The notes: a model not told the origin generated them from the letters alone. DNA of 64,000 nt from Nostoc sp. (GCF_041747015.1 NZ_JBGTFY010000387.1:3167-67166), one strand, 5' to 3'; shown: positions 28,919 to 38,762, counted from the first letter of the stretch. Translations and numbers: made by a program.

Positions 28919-31759
28919 CTAAACAGTGATAAAAGTTTGAGCCAAGAGCGTTGTTGAAGTGATATTATCTAAATTTACCAACACTTGATTGTTAGAACTA
29001 TCCACAATCGAGGTTTGACTTCCTTGTTGCTGTATCAACAATTGACCAAACTTCAGTCCACCTGACAACGCAATCTTGTCCTCACCTACTTTAAAGTCAG
29101 TAATGGAGTCTGTGCCCTCACCAGAAGCGAATACAAAGGTATCAACACCATAACCCCCTGTAAGTACATCATTGCCATTGCCCCCATAAAGCCAATCATT
29201 GCCTGCATTCCCGTTTAGTAAGTCATCGCCGATACCACCAAATAGCGTATCGTTTCCGTTATCACCCGAAAGCTTGTCATTGCCACTATCGCCGTAGAGC
29301 AGGTCATCACCATCTTGTCCCCAGAGACTATCGTTTCCGTCGCCTCCGAAAAGTTGGTCATTTTTTAGATTACCTACGATGGTGTCGTTACCACCAAACC
29401 CATAAATCTTGTTGGCTGGGGCATTGCCTTTTAAGTACTCAGAACTATCAGTGCCATTGAGAAGATAAATTTCGGTAGCAAGAGCGGGTTTAACTGTGCC
29501 TTTGATGGCAAAGTCAAAGGTGCTTTCGTTACTATCGTTGTTGGTCAAACTAAAGCTGCCAGTAAAGGTTCCAGGCGTAGGTGTATTCGTGTTGAGTGCC
29601 ACCGTTATACTTTTTGAAGCGTTGGCAGCCACGGTATATGGAAAAGCTCCTACAAAACTAAAGCCGTCGGGAAGTTTGAAATTACTCAGGTTGAGCGTAG
29701 CTGTACCCGTGTTCTTGATGGTGAAAGTTTTGGTTACGGTGCTGCCGAAAGCGACGTTACCAAAGTCAATGGCAGTGGTGCTGCCATCTGCAATGTCAAC
29801 TGTGCCATTGAGAACTTGAATTTCGGGAGCAGGAGCGGGTTTAACTGTACCGCTAATAGCAAAGTCAAAGGGGCTTTCGTCAATATCGTTGTTGCTCAAA
29901 CTGAAACTGCCAGCATAGGTTCCAGGTGTTTTCGTATTGAGTGCCACCTTTATACTCGTCGAAGTCTTGATAGCCAAGGTAGCTGGAAGAGTTCCTACCA
30001 AACTAAAGCCGTCGGGTTGTTTGAGATTACTCAGGTTGAGTGCAGATGTACCGGTATTCTTGATGGTGAAAGTTTTGGTGACGGTGCTGCCGAAAGCGGC
30101 GTTGCCAAAGTCAATGGCAGTGGTGCTGCCATCTACAATGTCAAGTTTGCCATTGAGAACTTGAATTTCGGGAGCATTAACTTTACCGCTCATCGCAAAG
30201 TTAAAGGGGCTTTCGTTACTATCGTTGTTGCTTAAACTGAAGTTGCCAGTGTAAATTCCGGCAGTGGTTGTATTTAGTGCTACCGTTATATTCGCCGAAG
30301 TCTTGGCAGCCAAAGTAGCTGGAAGAGTTCCTACCAAACTAAAGTCGTCGGATAGTTTGAGATTACTCAGGTTGAGTGCAGCTATACCTGTGTTCTTAAT
30401 AGTAAAAGTTTTGGTTAGGATGCTACCAATAATGGCCTCGCCAAAGTTAATGGCGGTAGTGCTGTCATCTACAATGTCAATTGTGCCATCAAGAACTTGA
30501 ATTTCGGGGGTAGGAGTATTATTGGTGGGGGCTTCGTATGCGCCAATGTCAATCAATACACTGCCATTGCCATCGCCATCTTTGGGAAGGTTCTTAGTGA
30601 TGCCATTGAAAGCACTAGAACCAGCATCAATCGCGGCACTTTCAGGTTTAAGCCTAAAGTCACCGTTGGCTGCATTAACAAACAACGGGTCTTTGTTTAA
30701 GATATTTCCTGAGCCTGTAGTTTTAAAAGCTCCGTTGTAAGCAAGGTTATTGTTAAATGAATAGTTACTGGAATTAACAATGGAATTAGTTTCATTTCCA
30801 GCGCTTGCATACATGATATTGTTATAGACTCGAACATTTTTAGCACTGTTAAGAAAAATCTCTCCGGTGGGGATTACTTGTGAATTTTGATAAGTTGTAT
30901 TATTCACAATGTCCACAGGGTTTTCTCCCTTGAAAATTTGAATAGCTGCCCCACCATTTTTATAAATTACATTGTTACTGATTAAGGTTTTACCAGTGTA
31001 AGCAACATCTTCAAAATAAGAAGTGTCAAGCATTATTCCATGACCCTCAGTTATTTCTCCTACCTTTTCCCAAGGGACTAATGATTTATTATCAAAAGAA
31101 GTGTTACCTCGAATAATTACTTTGTAATCTGTTACATTATTATCAGAATTCCAAAGTTGACCTAATGAGATTCCTTGGTTCCCGAATGGGCTATACCAAG
31201 CATTTCCAGAAACAATATTTTTTTCTATTGTAATATAATCTGCTTTCCCTGCTCCAATGCCCGCGCCTGGAAACTTAGAGACATTGTTATTTCTGATTGT
31301 AATGTGATGTGAGTGGATCTCTTGGTTTCCGGCGATGTTAGCAATACCAACACTAATACCATTTCCAGATGTTGCGGAATTACTCAAGTTCAATTTTTGT
31401 TCAAGCGCGTATTCTAATGTAATTTCATCTCGCGCTCCCACCAGCGTCAGCCCTTCAATTACTAAGTATGAGGAACCTTTAATTGATATAGCATTCCAAA
31501 TGTTTTTGTGCGCTTCTAAAATAGGTGTATGACCAGATAGCGCCGTAAATGTAATCGGCGCATCAGCCCTACCCTGCTTATTGTTAATACCCAGAATAGT
31601 AGCGTAAGGTGAGGTGTAAGTACCATTCATGACGTAGACGGTATCACCTGCTTGCACTAAGTCTGCGGCTTTTTGAAGGGTGCGAAACGCTTCTCCCTGG
31701 TTCAAGCCATTACTTTGATCATTGCCTGTTCCAGAAACGTAGTATGTTGTGCCAGCCAT
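28919..31759 (-). CDS. Large secreted protein: N-terminal parallel beta-helix, three ~115-aa Ig-like repeats, C-terminal RTX calcium-binding nonapeptides
   Basis: N-terminus YYVSGTGNDQSNG...VYVMNGTY and NN-rich beta-helix turns. Three PEIQVLNG...TFTIKNTG...SLSNND repeats. C-terminal GGDGNDSLWGQDGDDLLYGDSGNDKL repeats, typical of T1SS substrates. Confidence 0.85.
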   Translation of the reverse strand: MAGTTYYVSGTGNDQSNGLNQGEAFRTLQKAADLVQAGDTVYVMNGTYTSPYATILGINNKQGRADAPITFTALSGHTPILEAHKNIWNAISIKGSSYLVIEGLTLVGARDEITLEYALEQKLNLSNSATSGNGISVGIANIAGNQEIHSHHITIRNNNVSKFPGAGIGAGKADYITIEKNIVSGNAWYSPFGNQGISLGQLWNSDNNVTDYKVIIRGNTSFDNKSLVPWEKVGEITEGHGIMLDTSYFEDVAYTGKTLISNNVIYKNGGAAIQIFKGENPVDIVNNTTYQNSQVIPTGEIFLNSAKNVRVYNNIMYASAGNETNSIVNSSNYSFNNNLAYNGAFKTTGSGNILNKDPLFVNAANGDFRLKPESAAIDAGSSAFNGITKNLPKDGDGNGSVLIDIGAYEAPTNNTPTPEIQVLDGTIDIVDDSTTAINFGEAIIGSILTKTFTIKNTGIAALNLSNLKLSDDFSLVGTLPATLAAKTSANITVALNTTTAGIYTGNFSLSNNDSNESPFNFAMSGKVNAPEIQVLNGKLDIVDGSTTAIDFGNAAFGSTVTKTFTIKNTGTSALNLSNLKQPDGFSLVGTLPATLAIKTSTSIKVALNTKTPGTYAGSFSLSNNDIDESPFDFAISGTVKPAPAPEIQVLNGTVDIADGSTTAIDFGNVAFGSTVTKTFTIKNTGTATLNLSNFKLPDGFSFVGAFPYTVAANASKSITVALNTNTPTPGTFTGSFSLTNNDSNESTFDFAIKGTVKPALATEIYLLNGTDSSEYLKGNAPANKIYGFGGNDTIVGNLKNDQLFGGDGNDSLWGQDGDDLLYGDSGNDKLSGDNGNDTLFGGIGDDLLNGNAGNDWLYGGNGNDVLTGGYGVDTFVFASGEGTDSITDFKVGEDKIALSGGLKFGQLLIQQQGSQTSIVDSSNNQVLVNLDNITSTTLLAQTFITV
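29480..30508. repeat. Three tandem ~340-bp coding repeats inside the RTX protein gene
   Basis: Each unit starts with the gaaattcaagttct (EIQVL) motif on the minus strand, near 30508, 30172 and 29828. The protein units are highly similar. Confidence 0.8.
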
Positions 31760-32836
31760 GAGGGTAACTCCAAATATGTGTAAGGTGAATTGGTAGCGCA
31801 GTAGTTATTTGAAAAGGTCATCTGTCTGGACTTTTCAAGACAGTCACAGTTGTCCGATCGCAACTTGAAATCGTACCGATTGTAAACGCTTTTGTAAAAT
31901 TGGAAATTTTTTCTTTTGCCAACCGCTGATGGTTAAACTAGAGATATCGATACTATCAATCGTCAGGGTTTTGTTAAGGGTGATCGGACGATTGTCTGAT
32001 TGGCAAGGCTAAAGTCGAATTAAATCGTATTTCCATCTCTAGCAGATGCGATCGCAGCTACTATATTCGATACGGTGATTTATATTAAGCATGGTAATTA
32101 CTCTGAACTTTATCCGTTGTCTTAGGTCAGAAGGTTGCCAAATCGGCATAGTAAAACTCACCCCTGGCTGATAACTCAGGACTTTAAGTCACAGTAGTCA
32201 AAGTTGAATTTGTTGAAACTTTAGTGAGTTGATTCCTTAAGTTAAAGGGACTGATGTAACAACTTAATTGAAGCTGTTCTCAGCCGTACAACCGAGCTTT
32301 GTTTCCTTCATTTAGACTAACCTTCACAAATAACAATTGATATCAGTAAATACCCGGTTTTTAGTTGCTTTTTTTACAACAAAGCGAGAAAAACTATGGA
32401 GATATTGTGGTAAAGTCCTGTAAATTTTCAAGTGATATGCGAATGAAGAGCAGTTTGGGCAAGGATTTGATGAAGTTTCTCTCAAATTTAGTCGGCGCTG
32501 TTCCACAAGATATTGCTTATGGTTGAATGACGCTAAGATAAATCGATACGAGGCTACGGAGAGAAGTTTGAGAGGTTGTTTTAAAAATATAAATATATTG
32601 ATTACCCGTTTCCTTTGTAACGCCCTTGACAAAGAGTTTTAGCCTTAACCCCAAACGTATCGGCTTAAGCCCCTTGTCTCACCAAGTTTGATTTTGTGCT
32701 GTTTCACAAAGAATAAAATTGGTAATAGGAGCCTTTAGAGATATGGCTGTGTATGCTCTATTATCCTTAAGGTAAAAGTAAAGAAACTGTTACAGTCAAC
32801 TTACAACAAACATCTGTCACGGAAGCAATTTAATTT

Positions 32837-33763
32837 ATGATCAGTTGGAGCGATGCATTACCTACCTTTTTTATCACCCTGCGAGAAGGCGTGGAAGCCG
32901 CTTTAGTTGTGGGAATCGTCTTCGCCTGTTTACAGCAAGCTCAACAACAAAAATTGCAGCGTTGGGTTTACTTAGGAGTTCTGAGCGGTATCTTAGCGAG
33001 TTTTGTAATTGGTTTACTAATTCATCTAGGGCTACGGGGATTGCAGACATCTGAGCAGCTCTATGCACCTGTGTTCAAGCAATTGTTTGAGGTTGGATTA
33101 GGTGCGATCGCCATCGCAATGCTCAGTTGGATGCTAATCTGGATGACACGCCAAGCGCGATTTCTCAAAGCCGAGATTCAAGGTTCTGTTAAAAGTGCCT
33201 TGGGTGAAGATAACCGGCCAGCTTGGGCGATTTTCAGCTTAGTTTTTATTGCCGTGTTTCGGGAAGGCTTAGAAACTGCTTTGTTTATCGTCGCCAAGTT
33301 TCAAGAAGGTTTGACACCAGTGTTAGGGGCTATGGCCGGACTAGCTGTAGCGGTTGTCATCGGGATGCTGCTTTTTAAGTGGAGCATTCGGATCAACTTG
33401 AGCCAGTTTTTCCAAGTCATGGGCGTGTTATTGCTACTGATTGTTTCTGGGTTAGTGATTTCTGTACTGCGCCATCTTGATGCAGCTGCTGTCGCTTTTA
33501 GCCAAATCAACCCTGAAGTCTTGGGCTTTTGCGGACAAGGAAATACATCTTGTCTCTTGGGTTCCCAGATTTGGGATTTCTCAACCATCTTACCTGACCG
33601 CCAGTTTCCTGGTATTTTGCTGAAAACTTTATTTGGCTATACCCAAAAACTCTATCTAGTCCAGGCTATAGGATATCTGCTCTTTTGGGTAATTGTAGGC
33701 AGTATTTACTTCCGCAGTCTTGGTCAGCCAACAGAATTAAAGTCAGCAGCCAAACCTAACTAA
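32837..33763 (+). CDS. FTR1/EfeU-family high-affinity iron permease
   Basis: Two REGxE motifs (LREGVEAAL and FREGLETAL) in a 7-TM protein. Confidence 0.85.
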   Translation: MISWSDALPTFFITLREGVEAALVVGIVFACLQQAQQQKLQRWVYLGVLSGILASFVIGLLIHLGLRGLQTSEQLYAPVFKQLFEVGLGAIAIAMLSWMLIWMTRQARFLKAEIQGSVKSALGEDNRPAWAIFSLVFIAVFREGLETALFIVAKFQEGLTPVLGAMAGLAVAVVIGMLLFKWSIRINLSQFFQVMGVLLLLIVSGLVISVLRHLDAAAVAFSQINPEVLGFCGQGNTSCLLGSQIWDFSTILPDRQFPGILLKTLFGYTQKLYLVQAIGYLLFWVIVGSIYFRSLGQPTELKSAAKPN

Positions 33764-33811
33764 CTTAAATGATTGAAGAAGAATTCAGAAGTCAGAATCA
33801 AGACGCTCGAT

Positions 33812-33922
33812 AGCGTAGCTATGCCGTTGGCGGATAATGTAGCGTCTCCCCTTCTCCCAAAGGGAGAGGCTAGCGCCAAGGGAGAAGAGAAGGCTTTACG
33901 CTACGTTATCCGCCAGTCGCAT
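33812..33922. repeat. Nested-hairpin dispersed repeat
   Basis: ggcggataatgtagcgt (33829-33845) pairs with acgctacgttatccgcc (33898-33914). The interior has a second hairpin (ccttctccc...gggagaagagaagg). Confidence 0.6.
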
Positions 33923-34001
33923 AAAATTAATTCTGTTAGCGGATAGCTAAGGTTTAGCCCATTCTAGCTCCTGAATTCTGTTTCGATAAAATAGCCCTGC
34001 G

Positions 34002-34787
34002 TTAAACCAAGTAACTTGTATTAGGCACGATCGCAAAGAAGGCATACTCATACCAAGCAGTCCAGATGAAACTGCGAAGCCATCGCTGACGCTTTTCGGG
34101 ACTTATTTCATATTCAAACGCCCCACGCGCTACATCAATAGAAGATAGATGAGAGTTGCAACCGCAGCCGTGTTGATAAGTAAAACCGTATTTGGAAGCA
34201 ATACTTTGCACCTTCATTTGGATAGCAAACACTTTACCTGCATGAAGGATGGCATCCCAAGGGCGTTTGTGTTCGATATCGCGCTGATCAAATCTTAAGG
34301 CACGTTCTTCAAAAACATGATCGCGGTAAATTGGCGCTAGATGCACATGATAGAAGCTGGCAGGTAGTTCATAACCAAACTCATTGAATAAATCTATACC
34401 AATTCGAGCGACTTTTACTTCATCAGCAAACTCGCTTCCCTTCGACTCTACATCCCGGAGAATTTCTGCAAAATCTGGATAGCTGTGTTTGAGAAAGTCT
34501 TGTCCAAAAAACTCCAGAGTTTCCCATGCCAGTTGGGCAAATATCTGGGAAAATGACGGTATCAAGTGAGCTAGTTGGGGGCGATCGCTAAATAAGTCAA
34601 CGTCACCATGCTCTAATTTATATAGGAACAACTGTGCCATCTCAACATAGTTCTGGGGATGGGAAAGCCCTACACTCGTTGTTCCTTTAGCAATGTCTTG
34701 CCAGGTAGAAGGTAATTGAGAAACGTGAACCGCATTTTCTCCGGCAATGACTGCAACAGGAGGACATTCGAGAAGTTGCATCGACAA
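34002..34787 (-). CDS. Conserved hypothetical protein
   Basis: 261-aa ORF with host-like composition and internal HIP1 sites. Family not recognised. Confidence 0.55.
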   Translation of the reverse strand: MSMQLLECPPVAVIAGENAVHVSQLPSTWQDIAKGTTSVGLSHPQNYVEMAQLFLYKLEHGDVDLFSDRPQLAHLIPSFSQIFAQLAWETLEFFGQDFLKHSYPDFAEILRDVESKGSEFADEVKVARIGIDLFNEFGYELPASFYHVHLAPIYRDHVFEERALRFDQRDIEHKRPWDAILHAGKVFAIQMKVQSIASKYGFTYQHGCGCNSHLSSIDVARGAFEYEISPEKRQRWLRSFIWTAWYEYAFFAIVPNTSYLV

Positions 34788-34830
34788 TCTCCTTTAAGGC
34801 TTTAATGTGTAATTTAACGTGAGTTCGATG

Positions 34831-34937
34831 AACCTCTCCCTCCCAACCTCCCTTTCCGTTTCGGAAAGGGAGGAGCAATGAAAAATTAGGCTTTTTGCTC
34901 CCCTTTCCGCCTCGGAGAGGGGCTGGGGGAGAGGTCA
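34831..34937. repeat. GC-rich hairpin repeat element
   Basis: cctccctttccgtttcggaaagggagg hairpin, flanked by outer arms gaacctctccctccc / gggggagaggtc. Confidence 0.5.
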
Positions 34938-35016
34938 AAAAAGATTTGTCGAACTCAGGTTAATTTACCTTAAGCGATCGCCTTATGAATCTTCTGCACA
35001 CAATTAAATACGAAAT

Positions 35017-35619
35017 TTACTGCCAAACGTAGATCAGAACAAACAAAATAATCCAGATGATATCGACGAAGTGCCAAAACAACGAGGTTGCATTAACGCC
35101 GAAGTGACCTGTATCGTAGTTGCCAGAAATGAAAGAGCGTACCAAAATAATCAACTGCAACAAAATGCCGGTGAAAACGTGCAAACCGTGGAAGCCTGTG
35201 AGTAGATAGAATGTACTACCAAATACCCCTGAGGTGAAACCAAAAGCGAGGCCGTTCCATTCAATCGCTTGGCCAACTAAAAAGTAAGTTCCCATTACGA
35301 TCGTTGTCAAGAGAAACAGACGAAATTTTACTAAGTCATGGCGTTGCAGGGCGCGTTCGGCTAAGTAAATCACAAAGCTACTGGCAACTAGAATGATTGT
35401 GTTGATTGTCGGTTCTTTGATTTCTAATCCAGAAACACCTGCTGGTAGCCAGTTAGGTGTTGTTGTTTTGTAGATGATATAGCCGGCGAAAAAACTTAAA
35501 AAGATCACGCTTTCAGATAACAAGAACACAATGAAGCCAAACATCTTGTTGCCTTCTTCATCGTGGCTATGTTCTGCGCCTGTCTCGTGCAATTCATTTG
35601 AATTGATATAACTGTCCAT
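35017..35619 (-). CDS. ctaE: Heme-copper oxidase subunit III
   Basis: 200-aa protein with about 5 TM segments and the conserved FYLLTGFHGLHVFTG and WHFVDIIW motifs. Confidence 0.9.
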   Translation of the reverse strand: MDSYINSNELHETGAEHSHDEEGNKMFGFIVFLLSESVIFLSFFAGYIIYKTTTPNWLPAGVSGLEIKEPTINTIILVASSFVIYLAERALQRHDLVKFRLFLLTTIVMGTYFLVGQAIEWNGLAFGFTSGVFGSTFYLLTGFHGLHVFTGILLQLIILVRSFISGNYDTGHFGVNATSLFWHFVDIIWIILFVLIYVWQ

Positions 35620-35715
35620 TGGTGGAGTTTGCTTTTAGCTTGAGGGTTAAATTTAAAACGCAAAGGAGAAGCAGCGCGTTCAATACGGTTCGGTTAAGGT
35701 GCATAGGCACTTAAA

Positions 35716-35794
35716 GATCCCCCTTAGTCCCCCTTAAAAAGGGGGAAATAGAGCCGTTCTTAGCCCCCCTTAAAAAAGGGGGGTTGGGGGGATC
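35716..35794. repeat. Palindromic repeat element (two ccccttaaaaagggg-type hairpins bracketed by gatccccc/ggggggatc)
   Basis: Direct reading of the ctaD-ctaE spacer. Confidence 0.7.
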
Positions 35795-35858
35795 AAGTCT
35801 TAGCCAAACCTTATTGGCAGCGCGTTGCGCTACGGTGTACACACAAGTTTTTTGACCT

Positions 35859-36011
35859 GCATCTTTGTTGCATTGACTCGCATCTTTGTTGCATCGCCTC
35901 GCATCTTTGTTGCATCGCCTCGCATCTTTGTTGCATCGACTCGCATCTTTGTTGCATCGCCTCGCACCTTAGTTGCATCGACTCGCATCTTTGTTGTATC
36001 GACTTGCACCC
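35859..36011. repeat. 21-bp tandem repeat, about 7.3 copies (gcatctttgttgcatcgcctc)
   Basis: Units start at 35859, 35880, 35901, 35922, 35943, 35964 and 35985, with only a few substitutions (cgcctc/cgactc alternation). ORF 35825-36022 is an artefact of this repeat. Confidence 0.9.
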
Positions 36012-36032
36012 AATACGCTTAGCTTAAGTATT

Positions 36033-36111
36033 GTAGGGTGTGTTAGAACGAAGTTCGTAACGCACCATTATCAAGGGTTTGGTGCGTTACGCTGTCGCTA
36101 ACACACCCTAC
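36033..36111. repeat. Long hairpin repeat (gtagggtgtgttag ... ctaacacaccctac)
   Basis: 14-bp perfect outer arms plus an inner arm pair (cgtaacgcacca / tggtgcgttacg). Confidence 0.75.
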
Positions 36112-36171
36112 ATATCTAAAAAATTGCGAATTGCGTTAGCGGTAGCGGCGCGTTTAGCGCATTGCGAATTG

Positions 36172-37833
36172 TTATTCTGGGAGGTTAGCTGTTAACGGTT
36201 CAGATTTGCCGTAGCCGTAAGGTTCAGAGATGATGATCGGAATTTCTTCAAAGTTCTCGACTGGAGGCGGTGAAGAAACTAACCACTCTAATCCAATTGC
36301 TCGCCAAGGATTATTAGGTGCTTTCTCGCCTTGCATCCAAGAAATCACCATATTGAAAATGAAGGGCAAGGTGGACATTCCCAACAGAAACCCGCCCAGG
36401 CTAGCGATCACATTCCAGAATTGATACTCTGGAGCGTAGGAAGCAATTCGACGTACCATCCCTTGCAATCCTAAGGGGTGCATGGGCAAAAAGTTGAGGT
36501 TTGTGCCGATGAAGGCTAACCAGAAGTGTATTTTGCCCCAACCCTCGTGGTACATCCGCCCGGTCATCTTGGGGAACCAGTGATAGATGGCAGCATACAA
36601 GCCCATCGTCACGGTGCCGTAGAGAACGTAGTGAAAATGTCCCACCACAAAGTAAGTATTGTTAACGTGGACATCAACCGGCACGGAGGAAAGCATGATG
36701 CCTGTGATTCCGGCGAACACAAACATAACTAATCCACCCAGGGCAAATAGCATCGGGGTATTTAGCCGCAGTTTACCGCCCCAGATGGTTGCTACCCAGG
36801 CAAAAACTTTAATTCCCGTAGGCACAGATACAAACATCGTCGTCAGCATGAAAATTAACCGCATCCAGCCGGGTGTACCACTGACGTACATATGATGTAC
36901 CCATACAATGCCGCTGACAGCTGCAATCAAGATCGATGAAACTGCAACTACTCTGTAACCAAATAGCGGTTTACGTGAATAAACTGGGAAGACTTCTGAG
37001 AAGATGCCGAAGATGGGCAAAATGATCACGTAAACGGCGGGGTGGGAGTAAAACCAGAAGTAATGCTCGAACATAACTGGATTGCCACCCTTGGCGGGAT
37101 CGAAAAAGGCAGTGCCAACTGTCAAGTCGAGTAGCAGCATCACCGCGCCTGCTGTCAGCGCAGGTAGTCCAAATAGTTGGATAATCTGAGCGCTAAACAC
37201 TGCCCAGACAAACAAAGGCATCCGAAAGAAGCCCATGCCTGGGGCGCGCATCTTGACGATTGTGGTGACAAAGTTGACTGCCCCCATAATTGAGGATACG
37301 CCGGATATTGCCACCGCTAAGAGCCAGACAACTTGACCATTAATTAAGTTACCTGTGGGATTCTGGAGACTGACAGGCGGGTAAGACCACCAACCGGCTT
37401 GGGCTGGTCCACCAGGGATAAAGAAGCTACCCATCAGCAGAATTCCGACTACTGGCACCATCCAAAAGGCAACGGCATTCAGACGGGGAAATGCCATGTC
37501 TCGCGCCCCAATCATTAGCGGCACTAAATAATTAGCAAAACCAACTAGTGAAGGAAATGTCCACAAGAACAGCATCACAGTGCCGTGCATGGTGAACATT
37601 CCGTTGTAGATGGTGCGATCGACTAAATCTGATTCGGGTGTTAGCAGTTCTCCGCGAATCACCATCGCAAAAATACCGCCAACCAGAAAGAAGAAGAAGG
37701 AGGTAACAAGATACTGGATACCAATAACTTTATGATCAGTACTAAAGCTGAAGTATTCTTTCCAGTTCCCCGGAGATTCGTGGTTAGGCTTCTCATCAGG
37801 GAGAAGCATACCTTCAATCGGAATATTAGTCAT
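36172..37833 (-). CDS. ctaD: Heme-copper oxidase subunit I
   Basis: 553-aa 12-TM protein with WFYSHPAVYVIILP, the VWVHHMY His pair and the GHFHYV motif of subunit I. Confidence 0.95.
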   Translation of the reverse strand: MTNIPIEGMLLPDEKPNHESPGNWKEYFSFSTDHKVIGIQYLVTSFFFFLVGGIFAMVIRGELLTPESDLVDRTIYNGMFTMHGTVMLFLWTFPSLVGFANYLVPLMIGARDMAFPRLNAVAFWMVPVVGILLMGSFFIPGGPAQAGWWSYPPVSLQNPTGNLINGQVVWLLAVAISGVSSIMGAVNFVTTIVKMRAPGMGFFRMPLFVWAVFSAQIIQLFGLPALTAGAVMLLLDLTVGTAFFDPAKGGNPVMFEHYFWFYSHPAVYVIILPIFGIFSEVFPVYSRKPLFGYRVVAVSSILIAAVSGIVWVHHMYVSGTPGWMRLIFMLTTMFVSVPTGIKVFAWVATIWGGKLRLNTPMLFALGGLVMFVFAGITGIMLSSVPVDVHVNNTYFVVGHFHYVLYGTVTMGLYAAIYHWFPKMTGRMYHEGWGKIHFWLAFIGTNLNFLPMHPLGLQGMVRRIASYAPEYQFWNVIASLGGFLLGMSTLPFIFNMVISWMQGEKAPNNPWRAIGLEWLVSSPPPVENFEEIPIIISEPYGYGKSEPLTANLPE

Positions 37834-37847
37834 CGGTTATTTTCCTT

Positions 37848-38762
37848 TCAACCAGGAGAATTGACTAGAGTTGGTGCAGCAGGTGGAACTGTTACCCAAC
37901 CAGTTTTGACTGACTGATTGGATGTTTGGGCATACTCAAAAGCCGCTTGATTATTTGCTAGGGATGGCTTTTGAGTTGCAGCTTGGGCTAGCCACTGCTG
38001 ATAATCTTCGGGAGATTCGACGACTACATTCGCTTGCATCGTCGCAAAGTATGTGCCGCTATATTGGGAATCCGTCAGCCGATATTTACCGGGGCGAATG
38101 GGAGTAAATTCAAAGTCGAGCGCCTGGTTAGGAATAATATCCTGCTTGAGGCGGAATGCCGGAATATAGAAGCCATGCAGAACATCTTGCGATCGCAATG
38201 CTAAACGTATCCGGCGATCGCTTGGTAAATGCAATTCGGTACTAGTAACATCTTTTTCTGGGTAATGAAAAACCCACGCCCACTGTTTGGCTAGGACATC
38301 AATTTTTTCTACCGATTCAGCTGGGGCATCAATTAATGCTGCATGAGCCGATTCCATTTTCAGCGGATTATGCAGGTGAACTAATTCCGCTGGGCCTTGA
38401 ATCCCCATTTGTTCGTAAACTTGGTAACTGTAGCCCGCAATCCAAAATACTAACAGAATTGGGATTGCTGTCCAGACAACTTCTAAAGTAATATTGCCTT
38501 CAATTGGGGGTCCGTCGGTGAAGTCATCTTTGACAGCCCGATGGAAGATCACAGAATACATTAGAGTACTTGTTACTCCCAAGAAGATGAAAGCACCCAG
38601 GGTTACTAAGAAGCTAATCAAATCATCAATTAATTTGGATTCGGCTGCTGCTTGTGGGGGAAGCCAGGAGTAAGCCTGTTGTCCGATCCAGAGACTAGTA
38701 ACAGTGACTGCGATCGCGCCTGTCAGCAACGTTAAAATATTTAAAATCTTCTGGATTTTCAT
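37848..38762 (-). CDS. ctaC: Heme-copper oxidase subunit II lacking the CuA ligands (ARTO-type CtaCII)
   Basis: Subunit II fold (two N-terminal TM segments, DVLHGFYIP). The CuA loop reads DSQYSGTYFATM where CxELCxxxHxxM is expected. I prefer the start at MKIQKILN (38762) because the upstream 9 codons are encoded by the STRR array. Confidence 0.85.
   Translation of the reverse strand: MKIQKILNILTLLTGAIAVTVTSLWIGQQAYSWLPPQAAAESKLIDDLISFLVTLGAFIFLGVTSTLMYSVIFHRAVKDDFTDGPPIEGNITLEVVWTAIPILLVFWIAGYSYQVYEQMGIQGPAELVHLHNPLKMESAHAALIDAPAESVEKIDVLAKQWAWVFHYPEKDVTSTELHLPSDRRIRLALRSQDVLHGFYIPAFRLKQDIIPNQALDFEFTPIRPGKYRLTDSQYSGTYFATMQANVVVESPEDYQQWLAQAATQKPSLANNQAAFEYAQTSNQSVKTGWVTVPPAAPTLVNSPG

Noticed and set aside
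29496-31532. A series of 65-139-aa plus-strand ORFs with mutually similar sequences (29496-29819, 29816-30235, 29937-30164, 30264-30500, and others).
   Set aside because: They are antisense readings of the three tandem repeats in the RTX protein gene. Their similarity just mirrors the repeat.
32324-32632. 102-aa minus-strand ORF in the long RTX/FTR1 spacer.
   Set aside because: It has low-complexity, Lys/Arg/Phe-rich AT-driven composition, no RBS and no motifs. It is probably non-coding.
35825-36022. 65-aa ORF (RIFVASPRIFVAS...), and the question of whether the 21-bp array is a CRISPR.
   Set aside because: The ORF is generated by the 21-bp tandem repeat. The repeats are directly abutting with no spacers and there are no cas genes, so it is not a CRISPR array.
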